From Paragordius varius (lineage: Eukaryota; Animalia; Nematomorpha): 64,000 nt of DNA. Made by a program: the position numbers and the translations under genes. The notes below the pieces were generated by a model. That model searched no databases and had not been told where the DNA came from. It saw only the letters and a program-made list of their open reading frames with translations. Location of the stretch: NCBI GenBank assembly GCA_964247055.1, contig OZ176055.1, forward strand, positions 8,618,001 through 8,682,000, written 5' to 3'. Positions 27,101 through 44,519 of the stretch are shown piece by piece; within the stretch, counting starts at the first letter, position 1; each line of letters starts with the position of its first letter.

Positions 27101-30100
27101 TGCCGCTTTGATTAGTAAAGTCTGCCTATAATGTTTTTCCATGCACAATTAAGAAAAAATATCCGACTTAATATATTCCAGCACACAAATATTATTTGCT
27201 TATGTTAAACGGCAATATGGGTCTAGTAGGGATTACGGACTCTCTGCCGCTTCGGTTAATAAAGTCTGCGGTTAATATTTATTATGCAATAAAAAAACTT
27301 TGCACAGGTCACGCTCCAATTCATATATATTCTAGCACAATCGCATTCAGCTTGATTATTATTGTTTAACAACACACAATGGTGATGGTGATAAGCTTCA
27401 TAAATTTATATGCTGGTGCATTCATATTTTTAGCCTTATTATAAAGGCTTTACGGCACAAATATCATTTTTTAAATTCACGCTTAGTTCTTATCGGGCTT
27501 TACCACTCATATATTATATGCTGAAATATGGGTTAATTTTTTGTAAAATAACAATACACTTTTTCTATGTTATACAGAATTGTTGTGGTATGAAAGCGGA
27601 AGATATAGAACAACTAGTCCACCAATTTTTTATAAGTATTACTCATTGATATCTATATTAAATAATGTAGCCAAATTTGATGAATATGCTTTGAAATTTA
27701 AGGGAAGCAAAGGTTCCCCGGGTGAAGGCAATCCTGGACAAAGAGGGGAACCGGGTTATCCTGGACCTCCTGGTAAGTACATAATAATTTGGTTAAATAT
27801 AAATATGGACAAAACTTAAAAATATAAAAGACAAATAATATTTTTAAACATTGATTTGTTTTAATAATTTTAATGAATTAAAATTTTAAATAATATATTT
27901 GAGTGTGTTACCTATTCACATCACTATAATTACATATTTTGCAACCCAAACGATAAGTTTATAAAAAAACAAGGTTATATGGTTGTCTTTTAGAAAAAAA
28001 TTTTATCTTTTAATTTTTGCGTTTTGTCTGTAAATCATTTTTACTGTAATGAAAAAAAATTTATTAATTAAATTAAAGAAAATTATTTATTTGTTATATA
28101 GGAGATACTGGGCCAATGGGGATACCTGGTGAGAGAGGTTATATGGGATTACCGGGTCCAGCTGGCCCAATAGGACCGCAAGGAGAAAAGGGTTTCGATT
28201 TAGTTTTGAAAAAAAAAACGAATTTGTAAATTTTTTATTTAGTGTGCTTGCTTTTAACAGCTAAAATATGGTAAGTTGCACTAGGGTTAGGTTTGACATG
28301 AGCAAACCTAAAGTAAAACTTTCATACAAATATATATGTAAAACTATAAAATTATGGTATTAAACTAAATGCTTAATAATATTGTGAAATTTTGAATTTT
28401 ATCAAATTAACTTTAATTGTTATCGATATATTACTAAATTTATCAATTAACTTGTTTTGATTGGTGTAGAAACTAGATATTTGTGGCAAAAATGTTTGAA
28501 CTCAAGAGCGGTTAGACCCGTTGCCTTATTTTTTGACCGGTCAAAAAACCCACCCTAGTTGGACGTAAAAATATATACCATTTAGAGTTTAAATTCACCC
28601 TTAAACAATTCAAATTCACCCTCAAACAATTCAAATTTACCCTCGAACAATTCAAATTCACCCTAAAAATAATTTATGTGTTTTCGAACTACTAATATAA
28701 CTCATTATTAGTATTATATAAAGCTTTATGGCATAGTTTATTATTTTTTCAGTATTATTTTAATTTAATACAAAATTTTTATTTTTTAAACATATATAAA
28801 AATATTGGTAATTTTTAATCTTAAAAAACATATATTTTAGTTAGGGGTGTATTTGAATTGTTTAAGGGTGAATTTGAATTGTTCAAGGGTGAATTTGAAT
28901 TGTTTAAGGGTGAATTTGAACTGTAAATGGTATATGTAGACTCAAATTTGTTTGAAATAAAATGGATTTTTATTGTGAAAAAATATTGGGTAAATTATAT
29001 TAAAGGTGAAAAGGGTGATAAAGGAGACAAAGGTTCTCAGGGTCACGGGAACGATGGATTACCTGGAGTACCAGGGGCCCAGGGTAAATTATTTCAGCTA
29101 ATTTTTGCATAAATTTGAAATAAAATTTTTTTGGTATCGCTCGGTAAAGTATCGGTAGGTTGTTTTAAACATAACCTATTATGTGTTTAACTTTGAATTT
29201 ATGGTAATTACCCAATTTTAGATATTTTTATGCTTATGTACATTAAATTATCAATATACCTCGGAATTTGATAAGTCTTACTAGGAAATTATTTTATCCA
29301 TTTTTTTCAAAAAAACTAGTTTTTAGCTTATAAAGTAATTTAAAAACCATCAAAAAACAACCAAAATTTATCATTTTACAATCATTTTGCCTGCAATTTT
29401 AGGACCGCGCGGAGAACCGGGTGAAAGTATAAGGGGACCAAGAGGAGAGCCTGGAACTCCAGGGGTTAGGGGCCCTCGTGGTTCGCCTGGGCCCGCGGGC
29501 CCGCCCGGACCTACCCCTGATTACTATGATGAACGATATAGGTAATAACAAAATTACAATAAAAATTGGTGTTATAAAGACAAATATTTTTGAAAAAAAT
29601 ATCCATACTTTTTTAAACATAATTTTTATGGTTTGAATTGTAAAATAGTGTTGTGTTACGAATTTATAGCTCTGTTATTTGTTTTGCAACCCAAAATGTT
29701 AGGTTATGTTATTATGGAAATAAGGTTCAAAAAATATGGCGGCCTTTATAAAAAATAATTGTTTCTTATTTTTACGTTTTGTCTCTAGAAGTTCTTTTAA
29801 TGTATTTAAAATTATTAATGATTATTTATTAATAAAATAAAACTCGCCAAAATATTCGATGCGCGCTATTATATAATAATATTATAAAATATAATTAACT
29901 ATACAAAAATTTGTTAAAATATTATTATGTTTACCCTGTATTTTAAAAGCAATAATTTACAGGATATCAAACAAAAGAACTTAACCAACCCGTATAAATT
30001 TTTTACAATTAATTATTTATATTTTTAGTAGATAGGTTTGGCTTATTTACAGTAAAAATTGAAATTATACGGACAAACGTAAAAATAGAGAGCCACATAT

Positions 30101-31274
30101 TTTTTTCTAAAAGACAACCATATTTTTTAAATCTTGATTTTTTATATTATAACTGATTGCTTTAAACTGCAAAATATAAAATAATATAAATTGGTAGCAC
30201 AATCAGTTATGTAGTTTACGATTGTAATTAAATATTTTATATAGCAAAAATTAAGGTTTTAAAAAGTATGGTTGTCTACGAAAAAAAATATTTGTCTTTA
30301 TATTTTCCGTTTTGTCGGTATAATTTCAGTTTTTACCGGACCATTTAAAATTAAGTTGTTAATTACATTCAAGAATCCATTCTATATCTATGTTAAATGA
30401 TAAGGGGTTGGTTAAGCAATTTTAGGAGACGGGAGAGTAAAAATTGAAATTGGAATGGCAAAACGTAAAATATCAGACGAATTTTTTTAAAAGACAACCA
30501 TGCTTTTTAAACCTTATATTTCCTATATATAGAGGTTATTTAAAAATAAGTTACCAATTTAGACCTCTGTTTTCATAATTTGTAATTTAATACAATGAGT
30601 TATATGATTAAGTTTAAAAAGGTACAGCTGTCTTCTGGAAAAAAACATCTTTGTCTTTAATTTTTTTAGTTTTGTCTGTATATACCATTTGCACTTCAAG
30701 AATATCTTAAACAATCCGATTTAATCCTTGAACATTTTTGTTTTGTTTCTAACTTTTACTAATGAATTTTTTATTTAAAATAAATTTAATATCAACTTTT
30801 TTCATTCCATAAAAAATATACTAATGATTTTCATATAAAAACGGCTTTAATTAAAAAATACATAAGTTTTGTGCATTGTATTTTTTAGTTAAAAACATTA
30901 ATTAGATTAAATTATTGTTAAATTGGAAAAAATTAGTTTTAAACAAAAATTGGTTTCAATAAAAAATATTAATTTTAAATGAATAATATATATATAACAA
31001 ATACAGAAAATTAGAATAAAAAATCATTAAATAAAAACAACATGCAAAATTTTTAGCTATCCCAAACTTAAAAAGTTTAAATACCAACTTGAAGTGTTTA
31101 AAGCCCACCTTGAAGTGCAAATGTGGTATAATTTCAATTTTTACCGTAATCAATTTCTTTTACTGTATTTTTAGATTGTATCAGCATTTACAAATGCAAC
31201 AACAGCATCAACAACAGAATTGGGATAGCAAGGGCCCACCCCTGTCTTATAACCATATAATTCCACCTTATTAA
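21190..31274 (+). CDS. Secreted collagen with N-terminal TSPN/laminin-G-like domain and interrupted Gly-X-Y helices (FACIT-like), about 17 exons
   Basis: Hydrophobic N-terminus; TSPN-like exons ([10 protein letters not shown] at 22.8 kb, [25 protein letters not shown] at 23.7 kb); [14 protein letters not shown] start of the first helix; non-collagenous interruption at 25962-26805; second helix ~26806-29515; short tail ending [14 protein letters not shown] (last exon 31175-31274). Confidence 0.85.
24435..24604. repeat. Inverted repeat (small MITE-like hairpin) nested in a degenerate family B copy
   Basis: tacagtatgagtaagtatacattgctagaaagttattaattat pairs with ataattaataactttttaacaatgtatacgtactcatattgta. 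A related left end occurs near 32042. Confidence 0.75.
25712..25922. mobile_element. MITE family B copy filling most of a 254-nt collagen intron
   Basis: Degenerate left arm (aaggcaaccatatttt); right arm atttgtctttg..acgtttgtccgtataattttaatttttactg. Confidence 0.75.
27805..28048. mobile_element. MITE family B copy
   Basis: ggacaaaacttaaaaatataaaagacaaata ... tatggttgtcttttagaaaaaaa..gttttgtctgta..tttttactgta. Confidence 0.75.
28282..28557. mobile_element. Small TAGGG-terminated (hAT-like) element
   Basis: tagggttaggttt ... aaacccacccta ends, flanked by gttgcac/gttggac; internal palindrome ttttttgaccggtcaaaaaa. Confidence 0.55.
28574..28934. mobile_element. MITE family A copy in a collagen intron
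   Basis: TA-CCATTTA ... TGTAAATGG-TA with four subunits per arm. Confidence 0.9.
29556..30680. mobile_element. Cluster of three MITE family B copies (about 29556-29800, 30050-30338, 30436-30680)
   Basis: Repeated aagacaaccat / atggttgtct arm pairs; 30050-30338 is nearly intact. Confidence 0.8.
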
Positions 31275-31298
31275 AGCACCAGCCAGCCAAACAACAAC

Positions 31299-31513
31299 CC
31301 TTTATTTTACCAAAATTTATTTATTTTTTTTCGTTAAATGGGCGCATAAATATTTGTTAAAGAATGTGGAAAAAACAAGAGCTCTATATAGTAATTCTTT
31401 TACTTTTTAATGAATATGATATTATACCATAGAGCTCTTGTTTTTTCCATTCTTTACCAAATATTTGCACCCATTGAACGAAAAAAATAAATAAATTTTT
31501 GATAAAATATAGG
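31299..31513. repeat. Long inverted repeat just 3' of the FACIT-like collagen stop codon
   Basis: Arms about 31299-31388 and 31429-31513 (ggaaaaaacaagagctctat / atagagctcttgttttttcc), loop about 40 nt. Confidence 0.9.
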
Positions 31514-32304
31514 ATACACACATGACTGTAAAATGCCCCCAATAAACCAACATTTAACCAATTTACTAAAATTTATATATATATATAAGACAAATGCATT
31601 TATTCACCATTTTAATTTTAACATATTAAAATATAAAAAGTTATTATATCTATTGATATTACATATATTTATATTTGTTTAAACATAATAATTATTATTA
31701 TAACTAATAAATTTCTAAATTGATTTAAATTGGGTATTAAAAGTTTTTGGAAAAATGTTAATTCGAAAATATATTTCAAATTTTAAACTTGATTTTTAAA
31801 TTATTTGATATATTTTAATATTATTATATTTTCACCCAAAAATAAAATGATAATAAACGAATATGACATTTATTTATTAAATACATCTTTAAATGAAAAA
31901 TCATAGAGTTATAATGAATGGGTGGGTATACATAAAAACAACACAATAATTAAAAAAATATTTTTCCATATATTTTCTCAAATGTGCAACTTTTTTATAT
32001 CATCTTTTTAAATTTATATTTGACATTTTATGATAACATATATAGTATGAGTAAAAATACATTGCTTTTATTAAATATTACCAGATAACACACATATACA
32101 TCAAAGAGAATAATTATCGGTGAATAGCAAGTAAAAAAACGAGTAAAAATACTTTAAACCAATAATATTACTCTTTGTAGTGTACTAGATATATTATAAA
32201 AAAACTAGCTATGTATATTTATTCATAATGTACATTAAAGAATAAAAATATGAGAATCTCTAAATGTGTGTTGTATAAAATTTCATTTTTCGTTTTTGAA
32301 CGTA

Positions 32305-38661
<6,357 letters not shown>

Positions 38662-38759
38662 CACTATTCAACCTGGACAGATGATACAAGGATAATAAAA
38701 GTATCAGTTGTCTTTAAAAAAAAATTATAATGATTGTCCACAAAAAAATTACCTATAAA

Positions 38760-39830
38760 TATATATAGTCAAATAAGAAAATGTATTTGGATTATCATGG
38801 TGGCATTGACCTTAAGAGGGATACAGAAAAGGTATTTTGTGGTAGGGGCTCAATATTAGAAAAAAACAAAATTTGGGCATATTTTTATAAATAAAATGTT
38901 TTTTGGTGAAAGCTAAATACTTCATTCCAAAAAGTATCACTAAAATATAAACTACTTATAAAAAGCAAAGCAATATTTATAAAATATTTTAATTTTCACA
39001 TGTGTTCTCCGAAAGTCCCAAATTTTTTAATTTTCTAAAATGGGCTGCTTTTAAAGTAAAGGCGATAATGGCCGGATTGAGCAATATTGTCTAAAATATG
39101 CTAAATTATGACATAAAAAAAAGTATTTTTACAAAAATTCAATTTTTAATGAAATTTTGGTGCTTATTTCAAACTATATTTAGGCATGATGGAAACGTTA
39201 TGGAAACGCTTTTCTATACTACATAACACCTTTTCTAAATAAATTAATAATTATGATTTCCATCATCTTAGAACTTCGATTTAATAAGTCGTTAATATTC
39301 AAATTATTTTTTATATTCTGTAGCAATAATGTTCGCATCAAATTATATAAAAAAGTGTTATATATAAAGCGTTTTTATCCAATTTCCATCATGCCTAAAA
39401 ATAGTGTGAATCCTATAACAAAATTTTGCTAAATATAAAATGTAAACAGTAGCTTTTTTTAAAAAATATTTTTTCGTGTTAAAAATACAGATATCTAAAA
39501 ATTGTATCTCGCGATCCGGCCATTTTTGCTTTTATTTAATACAACTAGCTCCTACGGAAGAGCAAAAATTTTGGGATTTTCGGAGCCCACATACAAAAGT
39601 TATAATATTTTTAAAAATTTTGTTTTGCTTTTCATAGGTTTATGATATATTTTAGTTATATTTTTTGCAAAGCATTTAGCTTTAATAAATATTTATATTA
39701 ATGTGTCAAATTTTATCATTTTCTCATATGAAGTACGTACCGCAAAAGAAATAAATTTCTTAAATCACTCATAAGGGTCAAAGCTAACATCATAATAATC
39801 CTATTACATTTTCCATCAGAGTTATATATT
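38760..39830. mobile_element. About 1.07 kb foldback (long inverted-repeat) element
   Basis: Arm landmarks pair in reverse: ctccgaaagtcccaaa/ttgggattttcggag, atggccggat/atccggccat, taggcatgatggaaa/tttccatcatgccta, aaagctaaat/atttagcttt. Confidence 0.85.
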
Positions 39831-39904
39831 CCATCATGATATTTGTGGACACCTAAACTACATATTAAAAGTAAAATAATATTTGTATAATTATTTTATA
39901 TGAA

Positions 39905-41370
39905 GTTAAAAGTCCCATTTTTTTATGGGCACTAATATAAACGCAAGTATGCCGAGATTGCGCGATAAAAATTTTAAATAATTGCTAAATTGATTTGAAC
40001 TAAAAATGTTTTTAAAAATGCATACTTTTATTCAAAATTTAATTTAAGCAAATTTATTGAGGCGTACTTACTATTTTGAGGAATGATGGAAACGGTATAT
40101 AAACGCTTAATGGTAAAACTCCATTTCTATAAAGATTGAAATTGCTAAACATTTTTATCACTTAAATAGTTATTTTATATGGGTATGTTTTTGTAAAAAA
40201 ACACAATATTCAAAAAAAATTTTAAGAAGAACCAATATTTTATCAAAAGTTCCAGGTGATAGAAAAGGTTCAGCATCATCGAATAATATAGAAACAGTTT
40301 TATTATGACTTAAAGCGTTTTTATACGGTTTCCATCGCGTCTCAAAATAGTATGAAGTAGACTTCAACAAAATTTTGCTTGAAATTAAAATTTAATCAAA
40401 ATATCCATTTAATAAAAAAAATATTTTTTGAAATTTAGTACATGTTTAACACTTCGATTCAAATTGGGGTATCTAAATACCCCTGACTAAATTATAGTTA
40501 GAATTTTTAAAAAACTACTGAAGGAAACGGTCCCAATTTAAATTTATGCTTCTATCCTGATATAAATTATATAAATATGCCAAAATATCTTGATAAAATT
40601 TTGTTTTGGAAAAAAAGTTCCATCTCAAACTACTTCGACGCCATTTTTATTTTACAAAATTTTTGCAAAATATCGTTTTTATTTAATTTTAAGGGCCGAA
40701 CTAAAGCTAAATTTTAATATAAATTACATCTAACATTGATAGAAATAGAAAAAGCGGTTTATTTTGTATTATTTTTTAATTTTACTATTTGACTGTCACG
40801 TTGACGAAATTTTTACCTTTCGGTTTTAGCTTAAAATATTAAATAGCAAATATTTTTGAATAAATTTTTTTATATATTTAGGTTAATTAATGTTATATAA
40901 GTGCAAAATTTTGCCATGGCTTCGATTCCTTCCATACTTTTTAAAGTATTTGATTTTAAACAGGCCTGGGGTATCCAACTACCCCAATTTGAATCGAAGG
41001 ACTAAAATGAGTGTGTTGTATCCAAGTGTTAATAGTAATATATTTAAATCGAGGAATCTATGCATATATTTAAAAAAAATAACCCATTTTAAAAGGGGTC
41101 AAAAATTTAAGACTTTAGGAGCCTACATCTCAAAATTAAATTTTGAAAATATTGTTTTGCTTTTTATATGTAGTTTATGATATTTTAGCGATTTTTTTGG
41201 TATGAAGCATTAAGCTCATCAAAAATATTTTAGTTAACGAACCGTGCCTTTTGCCTTTTTCTGATATGGAGCAATTACCACAAAAGTGCCAATAACTTTT
41301 TATATTATTCTTAAACCCCAAAACCCGCACCACAAAAATCCTAATACATTTATCTATCTGAATATATAAT
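39905..41370. mobile_element. Second, left-truncated copy of the foldback element, interrupted by an insertion
   Basis: atgatggaaacgg..aaacgctt / aagcgttttt..tttccatc centre; right arm resumes at ~41080 (ttgttttgcttttt, aagcattaagct, aaaatcctaatacattt). Confidence 0.7.
40450..41001. mobile_element. TIR element nested in the foldback, possibly piggyBac-like
   Basis: ttaa-cacttcgattcaaattggggta ... taccccaatttgaatcgaagga-ctaa; 20-bp perfect inverted match. Confidence 0.65.
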
Positions 41371-41515
41371 ATACCCCCAATTTTATGCGCAGTGTAATTT
41401 ATTCTATTAGAAACCTAGCTTTTTAAAAAAAATTTGTCGGAACTCCCAAAGTTACCATTTTTAAAACCTGATTAAATGCAAAAAGGATGGAATTGAGTGA
41501 TTTTAATATATTATA

Positions 41516-42604
41516 CCAGTTGTCATAAGTTTCGGGTTAAATAATAAAACGTCAGCGAAGACGCATACGATCGATATTATACAGACCTCATTTACACTAA
41601 ACGACAGACACGCATAAGAAGATTAGAGTCTTTTTATCATGCTATGTCAAATTTTATGCCTGGAAAAGAACATTTGCCTCCCGCATTGCGATTTAAAGAA
41701 ATTGACTGTTGAAAGTTATCGTTTGCTGGCAGAATTATATGGGAACCTGCTCTATCAATTAATACATAGGAAACATGGTTTTGAAATATTAGTTGTAATT
41801 TAATGTGAAAGAGTGTGGTTGCTCTGGTGCACCAGATAACTGCAAAGACACTTAAGAATAAGAGTTATTAGATTTAACAACAATTGACAGAAGCATTTTT
41901 TCGCAAACAAACAATCAACAGATGTCTTTGAGCTTGGAGAAAGACCTAAAAGAACGTTAAATAATCGAAAATCCCACCGTGACCTGTACTGTCGATTTGA
42001 AAATGGCATTTGTAAATTTAAATTGGAAAAATTGTGTTGCCATGCCAAACCGTTCCATCCACAATAAGGCCAAATCGCTTCTGCAAAAAAATCATGCTCT
42101 TGGTCTGGTGTGATCAGCACGGTATTGTTCATAAAAAGTTTTAGAAGTCTGTGAAATTGTTAATCATGCTATCGCTAATCAATACTTTAGAAAACGAATC
42201 ATTTATTGAAGAACATCCGGAATGAGCCAGAAAACAAAGTAAAATATCTTGCTATACGACAATGCTTGGTTTTACTCAGAAAAACCAGTAAAAGGTACCT
42301 TAAATCACTTCGATGAAAAATCTTTCGCATCCGCTCTCAACTATCCTGGACTGGCCCCTAATGGCCAATACAACTTCGGATCAATGGGGCACCCCTTGTC
42401 GGGCAGCACTCCCATAATTTCGAAGACGTTGGAAAATGGCTGGACAAAATGTTTTGCCAAAAAATGAGTTTTTTATGACACGCTATATTACCTAAGAGAT
42501 GAGGGAAGTGGTGGAAGCCGATATATAATATTTAAAAAAAATAATTAATTTGTCACAAATTACATGTGATTTTACCAAAAAATTGGTACTATGAATACAT
42601 CTGG
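41516..42604 (+). mobile_element. Degenerate mariner element (transposase pseudogene)
   Basis: TA-CCAG...CTGG-TA ends; MSNFMPGKEHL near 41646; LLYDNAWFYSEKPVK..NYPGLAPNGQYNFGSMGHPL resembles the mariner HDNARPH..YSPDLAPSDYHLF motifs; frameshifted. Confidence 0.85.
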
Positions 42605-42768
42605 TATGTTAGCTTAACATTGCAAATCAATTAGCTTTTTTAATAAAAACTTAGGTATAATATTTAAATTTTAGGATTATACTTTGAAGTTTGGTATTTT
42701 GAAGCGTTTATAATATTTATAAATAATTTAAAATATTTTATAAACATAGCATATTGATATCTCCAAAG

Positions 42769-42976
42769 CAGTGGTTTCTAACCGGATGGCAACTCCACCC
42801 AAGGGGCGGCGCGAAAAATTTGGAAATAACAAATAAAACCATAAACAAATTGTTGGATTTCAGGTGTATCAATCATAATATTATTAAATTATACATTTTT
42901 ATTTCAAATTTTTTGAAAGAGAGTGTCAAGAAATTTTATTTTCAATTTGGTGTAACGTGAAAAAAAGGGACCACTT
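42769..42976. mobile_element. Small hAT (Charlie/Buster-like) non-autonomous element
   Basis: CAGTGGTTTC left end, GGGACCACTT right end, near-perfect 8-bp flanking duplication ctccaaag/ctctaaag. Confidence 0.7.
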
Positions 42977-44473
42977 CTCTAAAGTTTCTAGAAAATTTAA
43001 ATATATAATTTTATTGCCACCAAATTTTACTTATTTTTAAGCCGATAAAAATTAGTATAAAAGATGAGCGCTGATAGAGATCTTTAGCGACGATTTATGT
43101 CAAACAAGCATTTTTTATTAAAAAATGTATGTAAAATAGCTTAAGATACTCTTGGTTATTAAAACTTTTTATAATCATCAAAGCAAAGCATACAATTTGT
43201 TTAAAAAAGAATTTGGATATGAAGATTTTTGTCGCTCAACCCCGGTTTTTCCGTGTTTTGCTTAACTAAAAAAATTCAACACATCTCGAAAATGGGTAAC
43301 TTTCGGAGCTTAGAATAAATTAACTGTGAAAACTAAAAATCTAACTCACTTAAAAATTCACTGATGCTGAGAAAAGTGAGTGGTGCTCGTTAAAAAGGGA
43401 AGAAGAAAAACTCTATGAATGAATAACAACCTTAAAGAAGCCAACCAAACATTATCCGAACTAAACGCCAGATCCTATATTCGCATTGAATGGAGAAGTT
43501 ATATTTTTAATATTGCAGTTAGTCGGAACCTTAGCAAGAACAACAACTAACTTTATTTATAATGTAAAATTTATTTTGTTATCACCGAATAAAATTGCGA
43601 ATATCCCTATAATATTTTCCGCTATAACTTTTAAATCATCTTTGGCGAAAAAAACAAAAATTAAAAAATATTGATTATGCTAAAACGATCGTTTAAAGGC
43701 TATACATATTGAAATATTAATGTCTAAAAATTCATGTATATATAATTTTTAAAATTGTTATTGAATAATAAAAAAATTATTCAAAAAGCTTTCCCAGCAA
43801 TTTGGTTTAAAATTTTCATCTTTATTGAAATTATTACTGCTTTTTTGAATCCCTTTAAATTCTTGGTTAATTGATAAATAGGTTATTACACAAATGGAAA
43901 TTTAATATTAATTTGATCATCTATGGATGTTGCCAGCATTGTGCGAAGTTAAGACCTAAACCACAAAATCAATTTGTCATTAAGCGACTTATAACTTAGA
44001 TTTCTAAAAACTCTGATTTAGTAAATTTTAGGTAATTTGAAAACGATTAGCCTATTTTTCATATTTAAGAATTAGTATACAGTATTTTTTACCTTTAATT
44101 TATATAACTAGTAAATTTATTATTAAAATATAAAATTTTTTGGTTTTCAAAAGTAATATGCATTTTACAAAAAGGACTAAATTTTTATATGATAGATGCC
44201 AGAATCAAAACATCTTAACATTCAATGTTATATGGCAAATAGTTTATTCTATTTGATAGTAAAAAAAATTCCCACAACCAATTTATTTTTTTTTCAAATT
44301 GTGAATTTTAGTAGAGGTGATATGCAGCAAAAAACAAACATTCAAGTGAAAATTTCAATAATAATTGACATTCTTCCCTTAATTAATTATCATTTTTTCA
44401 ATATTTTCAAAATCATCTTTTCACATCAAATTTTTTATTACAAAAAATTTTTTTAAAATATACCTGTTAATAA

Positions 44474-44519
<46 letters not shown>

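Noticed and set aside
41800-42132. 110-aa minus-strand ORF
   Set aside because: It lies antisense within the mariner fossil.
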